From Trypanosoma brucei (taxonomy: Eukaryota), in the NCBI GenBank assembly GCA_000002445.1, contig CP000071.1, positions 128,001-192,000 on the forward strand: a stretch of DNA of 64,000 bases, read 5' to 3'. The notes beneath the pieces are model-generated. The model made no database searches. It saw only the letters and a list, made by a program, of their open reading frames with translations, and was not told the DNA's origin. The translations under genes were made by a program, and so were the position numbers. Positions 32,844 to 44,337 of the stretch are shown piece by piece (the stretch's first letter is position 1; each line of letters begins with the position of its first letter).

Positions 32844-34577
32844 CTACCGGCCTTTCTTCCGTGAGGTACCCAGGACCTTTCTAATGAGGAAGCGGGTTAT
32901 GCCCCCAACAACAAAAGCTGCAAATGACACAATAGCGACTCGCCTCAGTATGCGTATTGTTGTGATGGGTGGACTGGCAACGGCAATCTCCGGCTGTTTG
33001 GCAACAGCATACACATACTCGTTAAGAGTGGCAATCTCTGTTTCCTCAGGGTTTTCCACACTTGTCGCAACCGGTGGCCACAACAATTGGTTTTCACGAC
33101 AAAAGGATTCCATAGCAAGCTGCGCCTCCGCAACGTTTTCCTCAATTTCGTGGGAAACTTCAGCCTTAGTGGCAACAACTATGAAAGGCAAATTGTGGCA
33201 TTTCTGCTGCGAACCAGTGGCTCTCACGTAAGCATCCATGATTGGAGGTGTCGTCTTCGCCACGCGGCTTCCATCATAGCAGAGAAGAACCACGTCCACT
33301 TGTTTTTCCTGCACGACATTTTCTAGTAGCTCACCAGCTGAATCGATAGGAAGAGTAACGTACGCCACTGTTTGAGGCGCTTCTTCCATACCCTTGCGAA
33401 CGAAAAATGTCGTCGTCCGGACATACGTGACCTGCTGTATTGTCTGGTCATCGTAGAGTTCATCATCATTAGCCGTTAAAGTGAAAATAAGACTCCTTCT
33501 ACCGCACCCGGGAGCACCAAGGACCAAGACAGTAATAATATTTGGCACCGTTTCCCCCGGCTCCCGATACGGGCGAGCTCTGCGAAGCTGGAAGAGGATG
33601 CTTGTGTCACCTTTGTAACCCCAGTAAAGAGCATACTGAATAACCACCTCACGCTTCACTAACGCCATGTACTTCCAATATTCGATAAATTTATCCAGTG
33701 GTATCCGAGACTTAATGAAGCCGCTGATGTGCGCCCATGGGCAGCCGGGAGTGACGCTCCACATGTCGTCAATATCGTGGAACCGCTTAAGTTTGTACAA
33801 GTTTCTAAAAAACTGAATGGCATGATGTGATAAATAGGTATTACATTCCTTGCTGACGCGAACAGCGTTTATATCCCGCCAAGAGTATGGCAGCCCGGTG
33901 GGATGTAGACCCGTGATGTGCAGCGTCGCCCATACCTTCCGTGCATCGTTCTTTAACAAATAGGATACTTGGACAGCTTTGAACAAATCGAAATTCATTG
34001 GAATGCTAGCGTTCGGAATTGACACTTCAGCCAGCATATCGGCGATATCACCTTTCGAGAATGAGACTGACGCAGCGGAACGCTGCCATGCCAGAATTTC
34101 TTCCTCATTAAGCACTCCGTCACCATCCTTGTCAAAAAGCCAAAAGGCACGACGTAAGGACAATTCCCCAGTTTCTGTTATGCAGCGGGTACTACTGTTC
34201 CATATGATGTGTAACGGTGAGAGTCCAATGTCAACCACCGCTACCCGTAGATCATTTAAATTATATTGACCATAGTAAAAGTCACAACCCTGTAATAACG
34301 TCAATGCGTCACTCGATGTTCCCGGAATGGAGATGGTGGGTTTATTGTCGTAACTTGCTTTTGAAGAAGGTGTGATGGCACCATGCGTAAGAACAACAAG
34401 ATGACAAGTGGACAAAAGGCGGCTGTCAGCACGCTCGACACCCGAAACAGAGGTACATGTCACTTCATACCGTCGGTTCCAGGCGTGATGTTTATTTTCC
34501 ACCATGCCACCGAGTGCCGCCTCAACTGAACTAAAATCGGTGCCGCACACCAGCACACGAATGGATGCCAGTACCAT
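32844..34577 (-). CDS. Miro/GEM1-like mitochondrial Rho GTPase: degenerate N-terminal GTPase-like domain, EF-hand region, C-terminal P-loop GTPase and a C-terminal transmembrane anchor
   Basis: EF-hand LFDKDGDGVLNEEEI; second GTPase P-loop VLVLGAPGCGRRSLIF; C-terminal hydrophobic anchor IVSFAAFVVGGITRFLI. Start placed at ATG 34575-34577 (MVLASIRVLVCG…), because the longer ORF crosses a poly(T) tract. Confidence 0.75.
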   Translation of the reverse strand: MVLASIRVLVCGTDFSSVEAALGGMVENKHHAWNRRYEVTCTSVSGVERADSRLLSTCHLVVLTHGAITPSSKASYDNKPTISIPGTSSDALTLLQGCDFYYGQYNLNDLRVAVVDIGLSPLHIIWNSSTRCITETGELSLRRAFWLFDKDGDGVLNEEEILAWQRSAASVSFSKGDIADMLAEVSIPNASIPMNFDLFKAVQVSYLLKNDARKVWATLHITGLHPTGLPYSWRDINAVRVSKECNTYLSHHAIQFFRNLYKLKRFHDIDDMWSVTPGCPWAHISGFIKSRIPLDKFIEYWKYMALVKREVVIQYALYWGYKGDTSILFQLRRARPYREPGETVPNIITVLVLGAPGCGRRSLIFTLTANDDELYDDQTIQQVTYVRTTTFFVRKGMEEAPQTVAYVTLPIDSAGELLENVVQEKQVDVVLLCYDGSRVAKTTPPIMDAYVRATGSQQKCHNLPFIVVATKAEVSHEIEENVAEAQLAMESFCRENQLLWPPVATSVENPEETEIATLNEYVYAVAKQPEIAVASPPITTIRILRRVAIVSFAAFVVGGITRFLIRKVLGTSRKKGR

Positions 34578-35208
34578 TGTCGATGTTAAAAGAACACTTA
34601 TTGGTAATAACTTAACAGCAGCTGTTTTTTTTTTAAATGAAAAGGGTCGAAAATTAGAAGGGAAATATACAACGAAATGGTGGTAACGCACTCAACAAAG
34701 AACAAAAAAAAATCTACCCATCCGAAAGGGTGACGAAGAGGGGAATGAGCGAATACAAACTTGCACATTCGGTAGCCAATAGGGAAAAGGGACAAAGGAG
34801 AAAGAACGCCTATAACCATATGCCTCAGAAAAGAAAAAGGAATTTTAGAAACACTCAACTTCCAATCGGTGGAAGAAAAGGTCGCGCGAGTGGAACACGG
34901 AAAATCATCGGATTCGTGCAGTGCATATCCTGTTGCTAGTTTCCCTCCGCCTGCTTCGTGTCTTTGGTTTTGTCTTCATTCTTCCCTTTCCATCTGTTCG
35001 CCTCGTCTCTTCTGTGGATATGCATCGCAGCAAGGAAGCATGGAGATGAGTTGATCACCTTCACGGACCTTCAAGGATGGGGAAAGCACAGGGTTAAATG
35101 ACAAAACATATTTTTGCTTGGGAGATTAACGTACGTGAAAACACGTCTTTCCTTGCGGCTTTTGGAGGAACATGTGGGCACACCTCTCCTTTTCAACACC
35201 ACACCCCA

Positions 35209-36204
35209 TTAGTCCTCCTTCTCTTCGTTCTGATCGTCGTGCTTACCCTGTAGAGTTTCTTCCTTGCTCTGTCGCTCTAACTCTTTCTCCAACTCATTTG
35301 CAAAAGCCTCGTCATCGGCAGTATTTGTTGCGTTTGACCCCGCCGCAGCCTGTCCTTTATTAGCCTCCTGAAGAGACAAAAGCAACGCCCGACGTAACAT
35401 CTCCTCTTCGGTCATATTTTCCAGGCTTAGTGCCTCCTCATCCATGTTTATATCCGTTCTCTCCACCGTTTCACTTTCAGCAGCATTAGAATTTAAAGCC
35501 GCCGCCGCCGCCTGACGTCGCTCCTCCTCTTCAAGCGACATTTGAATGGCGAGCACCATTTCCGGGTCCATGGTCGGATCCACGGAGAAACCTGCAGAAG
35601 AACCATTGAAGCCTCCTCCACTTACACTGCTGTCCTCCCCCATAAATATGGCGCTCGACATCAAACTGTCAATGAGAGGAACTTTAGCTGGTACGCTTAA
35701 GAACCGTGAATTTCCATTATTACTGAGCCTCTCAACGAATGCAGTCAGGCGCGGAACGTTCGAAGGTACACCTACACTTACAACATCGACTGCTACGCTT
35801 TCTTTACGAAGTTTCTTCGCCAACTTCTCCAACTCACCGTCTGTTTCTCCTAGCGGAGTACCAATAAAGGCGACGATACGTTTTTCTGCACGCGGGTTAG
35901 TTCGGTGGCTTAAGGCAAGGCACGCAATTTGCAGCCCTTTGGAAAAGTGGCATTGTTTTCCACTGATTGAAATCTTCGACATGGTGGACATAACGCGATC
36001 CACATCTGAGGTGAGGGTTTCAAAGACTGTACAGGCATTGCCTCCGAGTGTCAAGAAACCCACAGTGTTCTCAGCGTTGGCTGATGTTTTCGCATTGGCC
36101 AACAAAGTTGCCGCCTCCTGTACAACAAAGAAACGATTGGGATGTTGATCTCCATTTCTCATAAACTCCGAGGAATCTAGACAGAGAAAGCAAGCCTCAG
36201 GCAT
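35209..36204 (-). CDS. RPN10: 26S proteasome regulatory subunit Rpn10 (S5a/PSMD4): vWA domain plus ubiquitin-interacting motifs
   Basis: The N-terminus MPEACFLCLDSSEFMRNGDQHPNRF matches the Rpn10 N-terminus (…CxDNSEYMRNGDxxPxR). UIM-like EEEMLRRALLLSLQE and MVLAIQMSLEEEE. ATG verified. Confidence 0.85.
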   Translation of the reverse strand: MPEACFLCLDSSEFMRNGDQHPNRFFVVQEAATLLANAKTSANAENTVGFLTLGGNACTVFETLTSDVDRVMSTMSKISISGKQCHFSKGLQIACLALSHRTNPRAEKRIVAFIGTPLGETDGELEKLAKKLRKESVAVDVVSVGVPSNVPRLTAFVERLSNNGNSRFLSVPAKVPLIDSLMSSAIFMGEDSSVSGGGFNGSSAGFSVDPTMDPEMVLAIQMSLEEEERRQAAAAALNSNAAESETVERTDINMDEEALSLENMTEEEMLRRALLLSLQEANKGQAAAGSNATNTADDEAFANELEKELERQSKEETLQGKHDDQNEEKED

Positions 36205-36620
36205 TGTTAGGACGTACCTCGCGATGCAAATTGAAGTAGATCCGTATACTTCAACAGGTGATTATTACCTCTTTTTACTGCTACTTTTTTACTCCTTTTT
36301 CCCCTTCAACTAATTGGTTTCTTCCTTTTGTTTCTTTTTTCTCACCTTTCTGGGGCCAGTAGAGGGAAAGCAAAACGGAAAGAGAGGAAGAAGATAAAAT
36401 GGCACTGTACATAGAACACTGGAGCGTGCTACCATCAACAGATGCAGCTACTTATTTTTGTGTTGGTATTGTTAAAGCGGATTTCCTTTCCCCCTAAACT
36501 CTCTTCCCTTTCACATAAATAAATACTAATAACCTTGCCCCACCAGCCGCCATCTGGCTTCCCTGCTACCTCACACATACACGACACGCAGGATCTGCTT
36601 CACCCTACATCTTAGCGGTA

Positions 36621-37688
36621 CTATGACGGATGCCTCGTTTTTGTTAACGTTTCGGCCAACAAAAGGTGATAAGAATTTAATGCTTCCTTCGCTTGTTGGC
36701 GTACCAAAAAAATAGCTGCTGCACGCCGCCACAACAAAAGCTGTTCCCGCGCCAAAAGCACCTCAGGATCAGATAAAACAGACATGTTGACGCTTGCGGG
36801 ATTCTTGGCGCTGTCCTGAAAGTGGCGAGAGAGTTCCTCCACGTAGCGCATTGCTCCAACCAAATCATGCATTGTGTGCAGCTGTCGGCGGTCGCGAAGG
36901 AGGTGGTTGCGAAGTGCCTGACGCTCCTCCTTCATAATGATATCGCATCTGCTTAACATATTAGCCTCTAATGCGGTGGTAATCTTCCGCAACACACGGC
37001 AAAACACATTTGGTGGGCTTTCCCCCATGCTAGGTTTCTGCAATTCGATATAACGCGCAGCAGCGGCATCCACTGCACGATCAAGTCCTTCCATACAGAA
37101 GACAAAACTATCACTAGACTCACTAATTGAGGTAGGGCAGCTGAAGTTTGTAGCTTCATCCAACAGACTGTCGCACACGACGCGAACAAGAGGCTCAGCG
37201 ACAAGCAGCTGCCGAATTGTCTCGGACACTCTCTGTATTCCTACCTTCTCACCGTGGTTAAGCAGAAGCGCAAAATTGTGAACCTTACTACAAGCCACAT
37301 CGAAACCAATAAACTTCCGCATTTCCCTAGCCATATATTGGTAGTGATTTGTAACCCCCTTGAGAACTCCCAGAGCTTCTGGTAGGGCTCTCAAGTATGA
37401 ATGTGTTTCTTTATTAGTTTGTTTGTACCGCTCGAACCGATCCTTCCAAATTGAATCCATTGCCTCGTGAAGAAGCACTGATTCCTTCCGCTTCTGTCGC
37501 AGCAGCTCAGCTCCAGCTAAACGGGCTTCATCAAGTGCACTCGTTTCCGCAAGAGAATCGGCGTACTGCCTGTCAAGGTCAGCACGGCGGGAGCGTAATT
37601 TGCCCCACCGCGCCCCCCACACTAACGCTCCAGCGAGCGACACGCCACCCGTCACAACGGCGACGCCAAGAGAAGAGTGTGAACTCAT
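36621..37688 (-). CDS. Hypothetical protein, 355 aa, with an N-terminal hydrophobic segment (signal/anchor); no recognisable domain
   Basis: Long ORF in the polycistronic run, ATG verified. N-terminus LGVAVVTGGVSLAGALVWGA. Confidence 0.5.
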   Translation of the reverse strand: MSSHSSLGVAVVTGGVSLAGALVWGARWGKLRSRRADLDRQYADSLAETSALDEARLAGAELLRQKRKESVLLHEAMDSIWKDRFERYKQTNKETHSYLRALPEALGVLKGVTNHYQYMAREMRKFIGFDVACSKVHNFALLLNHGEKVGIQRVSETIRQLLVAEPLVRVVCDSLLDEATNFSCPTSISESSDSFVFCMEGLDRAVDAAAARYIELQKPSMGESPPNVFCRVLRKITTALEANMLSRCDIIMKEERQALRNHLLRDRRQLHTMHDLVGAMRYVEELSRHFQDSAKNPASVNMSVLSDPEVLLAREQLLLWRRAAAIFLVRQQAKEALNSYHLLLAETLTKTRHPS

Positions 37689-38538
37689 TGCACTTTTTTT
37701 CTCTGCATAAGTGTGACGAAATTTTAAAAAATGGAAAGAAGTATGGGAGCACGAATGTTTGAAGGTTCACAAGCCGAGTGTACGGGCATCAGAAAATGTA
37801 ACTGGTGCGGTTCCCTTTGTTTGGATAGGGAAAGCAGGCTGGTGGCGGCAGCTCTAAACATATATGCAGTGATTGTTAATTTTCAAAATAGCCCCCTCCA
37901 AAACATAAATGAAAACCTTGACACCAATGTTTGCATGCACACAGGCATGTAGACCTCGCAAAGACAGTTACACAAGATTCATGTTCTGTCGAACGGTAGC
38001 GTATGGTGGAGATGTGATTAAAAACCCCCTCGACAGTTAGGTTAATAACGATAGTGCGGTCCCAGCTATGGCGTCTGCAGTCACAAGCATACCAACAAAT
38101 AAACTTCGCCACAATGAATAAAGAAGAAAAAATTCGGCAACCGGTCCCCACAGCACTCATACACAACGTTGCTTCACCGAAAGTAGCCACACATTTCGGT
38201 AGTCCTCAGGGAACTCTCCGTTCTTATCACCGATACCATTCTTCACACTCTTATCGTTGGTTCTGGCGGCGCCGGCAAAGCCAACCGCGCGCACGCAATG
38301 AACCCGCAGCGCCCTGATGATAGTATAACCACGGTAGAGTCGCACCCCACTTTAATCCCGTGAAAAGTAAAAAAAAGCCCACAGTAATGATTAGCCGGCT
38401 CGCGAAGAAAGAGAAAGTTAAACATCTGGGTGCCATGATTTCAGAAACAAGTTGTGAGGTTCGTGACAGCGACAACAGTGACTTCTTCGCCTACTTTGGC
38501 TATCCGCATCTCTACGGCACATCGCCAAGGGAAAGTTC

Positions 38539-40575
38539 CTAAAGCTTCGACTGGAGTGGAAGTGCCGTGCGATCATAGAGGTCTTTCACTGCATCTTCGA
38601 TAGCATTCGCAAATGCAATAGCAACATTTGTTTCCTCGCACGCTTGATCTCCAGCCAGGGGGCGCTTACACTCCGTGAACGCAGAAACAGTAAATGAAAG
38701 TTGTTTCGGAGAGAGTGAGTATCCAATGCCAACACCATCAGGATGAGTGGCTGCGAATGAAAAGGAGAGTATTCCCGGGGCCGACATGTTAGACGTCGAC
38801 AAATAATCGGAACAGAGCTCTCGAAGGGCCTGCGAAGCGAAGAACATTTTCTCCACGTGGGTCACACCTTTGTTAACATCCCAAGGCACATCGGTCGAAG
38901 GGTTGTGGTGAAGCCGTTCTTGTACTTCCTTATGGAAACGAGAAAGCAGGGTTACCGCACGATGAAATCCCTTTCCGCTTCGGCAGAGAATAATGCGCTC
39001 ACGGTGCTCCTCACTAACATTATGAAGGGCCGTTCGTATATTTGGAGAAAAACTCCGTTCTCCTTTCGCGGATTCTACCAATTTAGCAAGGGTCTGCGTG
39101 CTATGTGTAACTGTCCTGAGGGTTTCTGTCCGACCGTGATGATACTTTTTCATCAGAAGAGCGCAATAGGTCGAGCGTTGATCCCCAAAAAGTCGCTTCT
39201 GTGCAATGTGAAACGCTGCATGCATGAAAGCATCGGGACTCGATCCACAACGTTGTTTAATTTCGTTGGTCCCAAAGTCGTTTACCCGTCGCAGGGCCAA
39301 TGTCATTTGTTTTACCCTTAGGTTATGATCCCGGTGAAATTTTTGAATATCTTGGAGTACGTGAGTGCAAATGGCATTTCCCCAATGCACCATATGCATA
39401 TGTGCCTCCATTACCGTGAGGCATGTCTTAGGAGGGTCGATTGCACCGGTAAAACATCTGGAAAACGAAACATTGTAGTAATTGACGAAGGCGCATACGG
39501 CAGCGAGAGTGCTTCCGTCGCCCCACGAGTGCTCCATGTTACAGCTGCTTTCGCCATTTGGGCCGATAGCGTATGTAACGTTCATATCGGGGTAACGATT
39601 CTCCGGACAAGCGCCTCCATGTAAACAGCGTGAAAGATCGGTGTTTTCGTCCAAGGCAATACCAAAACTACAGGACGTAATTTCGTCCAGTGCTTCACGT
39701 GAGGACTGTTCTAACCACAGCTTACCAAACGCTCGTGCCCATTTTTTGCGGCAACCGTTGGCCAGAACCAACGGAGTGCTTCTATTTCGCGGTAACGATA
39801 ACGCCTTGCTCTTTAGAGCTTCTATCAGATGTGCATTGGCAATAATTTCCTCCACGCAAATCCTTTCTAAACTGCCATTTCCGTTTATCCCACCGAAACG
39901 AATCCAATCAACAACGAACGCATTACCTCTGTGGAGCACAAGGACTTTGTTTGTGAGAGACCAACGCAATCCGTCTACACCTTCATGAGGAATACGGACG
40001 GTACGAAACAAGCGGGTAAACTGATCGCCACATAAACTGAGATCCAAACGGCACATCTTGGGCACACGACCCTGAAATTCAGGGGTAAAAAACTTTGGAT
40101 TTCCCAGCAAACTGCGGAAATGTAAAGAAGCCGTGCCAATAATGGAAGCGCGTAGGGCCTGCATTGAAACACCAACACCCTTTGCAAGATTGTCAAGAGG
40201 CGGACTATCCAGCTGAAGAGTGTAATTCCAGCCGAAGGGAAGTGGATCTCTGGTGCTGAGGTACATGGCGTTCCACAGAGGTGTCATGTGTGATGTGTGC
40301 AGAGACTCGTTGCAAAATTGCTTGTAGGCCTTTGCGATGGATTCCAACAAACGGAAATAGGCCACTGCATCTCTCAATTGGTCCGGCGCGCATCCTTTGC
40401 TCGCCTGAAGTGACAGCAAAACGCCTCTGATGAATGATAAACTTTCCTCCTTGTTTTCTACATTACCCAGAGGTTCCAGAAACCTTACGTAGCACTCAAG
40501 TATTTCTCGTAGCGATGGAAGCGGTAGCGGCGACTCTTTCGCCACCCGACGTTTCGACGTGGACACCCGTGTCAT
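38539..40575 (-). CDS. Choline/carnitine O-acyltransferase family protein (carnitine acetyltransferase-like)
   Basis: Catalytic-His motif NMEHSWGDGS (EHSxxDG), YLSTSN (STS motif), N-terminal PLPLPSLREILECYVRFLEPL (LPxLPxPxLxxTLxxYLxxxxPL pattern). 678 aa, ATG verified. Confidence 0.8.
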   Translation of the reverse strand: MTRVSTSKRRVAKESPLPLPSLREILECYVRFLEPLGNVENKEESLSFIRGVLLSLQASKGCAPDQLRDAVAYFRLLESIAKAYKQFCNESLHTSHMTPLWNAMYLSTRDPLPFGWNYTLQLDSPPLDNLAKGVGVSMQALRASIIGTASLHFRSLLGNPKFFTPEFQGRVPKMCRLDLSLCGDQFTRLFRTVRIPHEGVDGLRWSLTNKVLVLHRGNAFVVDWIRFGGINGNGSLERICVEEIIANAHLIEALKSKALSLPRNRSTPLVLANGCRKKWARAFGKLWLEQSSREALDEITSCSFGIALDENTDLSRCLHGGACPENRYPDMNVTYAIGPNGESSCNMEHSWGDGSTLAAVCAFVNYYNVSFSRCFTGAIDPPKTCLTVMEAHMHMVHWGNAICTHVLQDIQKFHRDHNLRVKQMTLALRRVNDFGTNEIKQRCGSSPDAFMHAAFHIAQKRLFGDQRSTYCALLMKKYHHGRTETLRTVTHSTQTLAKLVESAKGERSFSPNIRTALHNVSEEHRERIILCRSGKGFHRAVTLLSRFHKEVQERLHHNPSTDVPWDVNKGVTHVEKMFFASQALRELCSDYLSTSNMSAPGILSFSFAATHPDGVGIGYSLSPKQLSFTVSAFTECKRPLAGDQACEETNVAIAFANAIEDAVKDLYDRTALPLQSKL

Positions 40576-41488
40576 TTGCTTAACGCACCTTTATCCCGGA
40601 TCACGATAGAGGATGGAAATACGAGTATATATACACATATCTTCTCATCACTGGAGTTGTTAAGGGCATATGATGGAATAGTGGAAAAATACATAAATAC
40701 GGTTCGGTTTTCAGTGTAAAATCACGGACAAACAAACACGGGTTGTAACAACCGTTTTCCCGTTGTGCTGACAAGAAGGATCAGCAGGGAGTGAGCCAAG
40801 AAAAGCTGATGCAAAGAACACAAACGATCCATGACTTAAACTCTCGCAAGAAACCCAGTTGTTTTCAAACCTTCATTAAAATTTCGTTGTGTTCACTTTG
40901 GGTGTGATATTTTCGTCTCATCGTACACGATTTGCTTAACTAATAATAACAACAAATCATCGACGAAAAAAAGGCGAAGCCGTGACAAATGTTAGGATGC
41001 CACCTGATGGTATGAACATGTGTTTCCGATGTAAACACAAACCTTATGCCAAGAACACGGCGTGCAACAATACATCGGTGCACTTCTCTTTAAACCAATC
41101 CTTGAACAAACAATCCGACATTGTAACATACATATATATGTATTTAGTGCATCCTCGAAAGCTTTCCCCGAACACCACCCACCTGAAAAAAAAAGAGTAT
41201 TAAAAGAATAAGAATGCATTTGTATACGGTAACGAAGTGCAGGAACAGGTACGAACGGTGTCATTGCCGACTGGCAATTAATCCGTGGCAAATATACAGT
41301 GGTAGCATCGTCAAAATTGTAAAAGGGAAAAGTTACGTCAAAAAAAAAAAGAATATTTGGCACCAAGCATACTCTTGCATCCCCTTACAACCACGTCCAC
41401 AGTGGCATTCCCACTGCTCAGTCTTTCCCACCCATTGTTTGACATCAACTTATTGCAAGTGGCCCTCATTTTTACCGCGCCGATGGCT

Positions 41489-41734
41489 CTACGCCTCTGG
41501 TCCCTTTACCTTAGGTGCCATGGTCACAATCGCATGACTTTGCGCTTTTGACTTTGCACGCAGTTCCATCGCTATGGCCTGGGTGTTTTTCTTATGTGCG
41601 CGCTTTATTTCGATTGATTCCTTGGCTGAAACTGTGTGGTGCTTTGCTCCTTGGGCGCGCATTTTAGCCTCGCGTCGACCCTGGTTGACACGATTCTTGT
41701 CGCCACCTCTAGTAATTTTTGCTGAATGTCCCAT
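41489..41734 (-). CDS. Small (81 aa) lysine/arginine-rich protein; possibly 4F5/SERF-like
   Basis: MGHSAKITRGGDKNRVNQGRREAKMRAQGAK… loosely resembles the MTRGNQRELARxKNxKK 4F5 motif. The ORF-track first codon is GTG; ATG is at 41732-41734. It lies between two solid genes on the same strand. Confidence 0.3.
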   Translation of the reverse strand: MGHSAKITRGGDKNRVNQGRREAKMRAQGAKHHTVSAKESIEIKRAHKKNTQAIAMELRAKSKAQSHAIVTMAPKVKGPEA

Positions 41735-41983
41735 CACAGCAATGATACGCCCCTAGGTATGTGCTTACGGGTAGTGGTGAGGTAAACCCTTGGAGACACA
41801 AAATACAGGCGTTTGGTGAGAGAGAAATAGCCCTGGAGTACTGTTATGTTTTGTTCGGAATACACAAGGTTTCGCGCACAAAATGGGAAGTACTGCCCAG
41901 AAAAACGGACAACTTACACGAACTTCCAGGGGAAGATGTGGGAGAGGTGCGTTTACAAATCTTAAGTGATGAACACAAAGCAA

Positions 41984-42895
41984 TTAGTTCATCTCACTTT
42001 CGCCACGGCGAATAGCACGGCTTGCCTTCAGCTCCCTTCGTCGTGCATCCACCTGTAGTTCATGTTGGTATTCAGCCCACTGGGAGCGCTCCAGAAATCT
42101 CTGCTTCTCCAAGTAACTATCGTCCTGGCGCTGTTGCCTGAAGCTCTGGAGGGAAACACCTTCCTCTTGCAACTCCTTCGTAAGGTACCGTTCCCACTGC
42201 GCATGTGACTTTTGGATGAGACCTGAAGAGGTTGACATCGTGCGCACGCCAGAAGAATCTCCCATTGCGGACTTCTTTTCCCCTGCCGCAACCCAGTGAC
42301 CGTGTCGCTCACGCTTACGACGGTGTACCACTATGCCACTGCGGTCGAGTTGTGCACATTCACTATGCACTACAGGTCTGAAGTGTTGCGGTTGCGATGC
42401 TTCGGTCGAGCCTTCACCTAAAGGAGCTTTGAGTTTGCGGAAGAAGATTGGGTTCGCTACAGCCAACACTTCATCGAAGCTCTGCGAACGCGCTAGGGCA
42501 TCTGAACTCGACAGAACTGAGAGAAGCCGCTGGAACAGGAGAGCGTTGGAGAAAGTGGACAGAATTACACCGTCATCCGGGTCCAATGTACCTTTCCGCA
42601 TAGAGAAAGGCTCTGCAATTTTTCCGTCATGCAAAGGCACCGTATTTCCGACCTTGCGCTGTGAAAGTAACCTCCGGAGTCGCTGTTCCCGTTCCAAGCG
42701 TTCCGTTGCTACCGCATCACCACAACCCCCTCCTGTTTCCCTTATGCGGTCAGTGATGGAACAAGTAGAGGAGATGAGGGACACGGAGTCTGAAGAGGAA
42801 CTGCGGTTGGATTGTGTAGAAACCGAATCATCACCATTGTCACTACCGGAACTGTTTGCAACATCGGTTGAAGTTGAAGAAGAGCTGGAACTCAT
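41984..42895 (-). CDS. Hypothetical protein, 303 aa, Ser-rich N-terminus and R/E/Q-rich (coiled-coil-like) C-terminus
   Basis: ORF with verified ATG inside the unidirectional gene run; no recognisable domain. Confidence 0.45.
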   Translation of the reverse strand: MSSSSSSTSTDVANSSGSDNGDDSVSTQSNRSSSSDSVSLISSTCSITDRIRETGGGCGDAVATERLEREQRLRRLLSQRKVGNTVPLHDGKIAEPFSMRKGTLDPDDGVILSTFSNALLFQRLLSVLSSSDALARSQSFDEVLAVANPIFFRKLKAPLGEGSTEASQPQHFRPVVHSECAQLDRSGIVVHRRKRERHGHWVAAGEKKSAMGDSSGVRTMSTSSGLIQKSHAQWERYLTKELQEEGVSLQSFRQQRQDDSYLEKQRFLERSQWAEYQHELQVDARRRELKASRAIRRGESEMN

Positions 42896-43213
42896 AATCT
42901 GCTAACAAAGTAATGGGTATTCAATAAGGAGTTGACTAAATTTATTCCCAGATGCAAGTTCTCCCCTGCCTTTTTTTCGCCTCCGCCTCGGCCTTCCTGT
43001 CCACTAAGTTTAATAACAGCTATAGAAGCTTTGCACGGTTCCAGAAGTTGATATTCGGTATTGTTCCTTCCTTGTGAGTGCTACATCAAAAGGGAGCGGA
43101 AGCAAATGTGAATTCAACAAACAGTACAAGGGTGGATGTTTTTTCCCCTTCATTTGTATAAAAAAAGTAACGCTATTACTGCGATTGAAAAGGGACACAG
43201 TGTGTTCGGACAA

Positions 43214-43216
<3 letters not shown>

Positions 43217-43244
<28 letters not shown>
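43217..43244. repeat. (TA)14 microsatellite
   Basis: Read directly in the intergenic region. Confidence 0.9.
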
Positions 43245-44337
43245 ACAACGTAACCATCCGCCTGAACGAAAATAAAAGAAACCGGATAACTTGCCGATAC
43301 CCAGTCGCCCAACAGAAGTGTCACATGCAATTCGTATGGGGATGTTTGCCCGTTATTTTCGATTAGTCCATTGAGCATAATGTCCCTCAGCGATTACAAG
43401 GTGAAGAACATCACGAAGACTCTAACAGGTTGCCACAAACTCCAACACAATCATTTCATGTATTTGCCGCATCCTCGTACGTGAAAACTCCCAGCATACG
43501 GCCTTTTTTCTTTTTGCCCACCCGGTTATTGCGAATGAAACCCTCAACAATCGAATTTTTTTACCTCCCAGGCACACCTACCCTTAACTTCAGGGTGCTG
43601 TGAGGTTAGCGACGAATAAAGAAAATGCTTTGAAAGCGTCAGTAACTTGTAATACGTAGTATAACGCACATTACGTTTTCATTTTTCTTTTTAACATTCT
43701 TAGGATATGCTGCAGAAGTAAAGTAATAAAGAAAGGGAAGAGTTCAAATTCTAAACGTGGTTGAACTACCACATGCATGTAGAGGAAAGTCGAAAACCAA
43801 AGGAAATGAAAGTGTCAAAACTATCAATACGTCTATAGCAGAAAGAGAAAAGGGAGTAATTTTAGCACAATGTTTACTTCCTCCTCACCCTACGTTCTCC
43901 ACTCGACGGCTTCACGAATACAAAATCGGTAATATCTGAGGATGGAGTCAGCTCGCTGAAGCTACTTAAATAACCGTTTTCTTTCTTTCGATCGAAGTTC
44001 TGTATGTCTTCCGACTACTTACGTCGAATAATCACTAAAGTAGTGCATCTGTTACTCAGACACGCGCTCATTTTTAGATCAATGTTTTATCCGAACCATC
44101 TCTAACTTGCCAAAAAATGACAAAAAACACGCACATACGGAAAAAAAAACTAAAGTACACAATAAATGTATGCATATGTTTTCATTGCTCTATTATTACT
44201 ATTTGTTTATTAACCCAAACTCCGTGAGTTTCTTCCTTCCACAAATGACCTCTCTATAAGCAATCTCTTCTTTTTTTTTGTATCGCCAGTTAGACCGTTT
44301 TCATAATCTATAAGAATCCCCACGTATGTGAGTGTTC

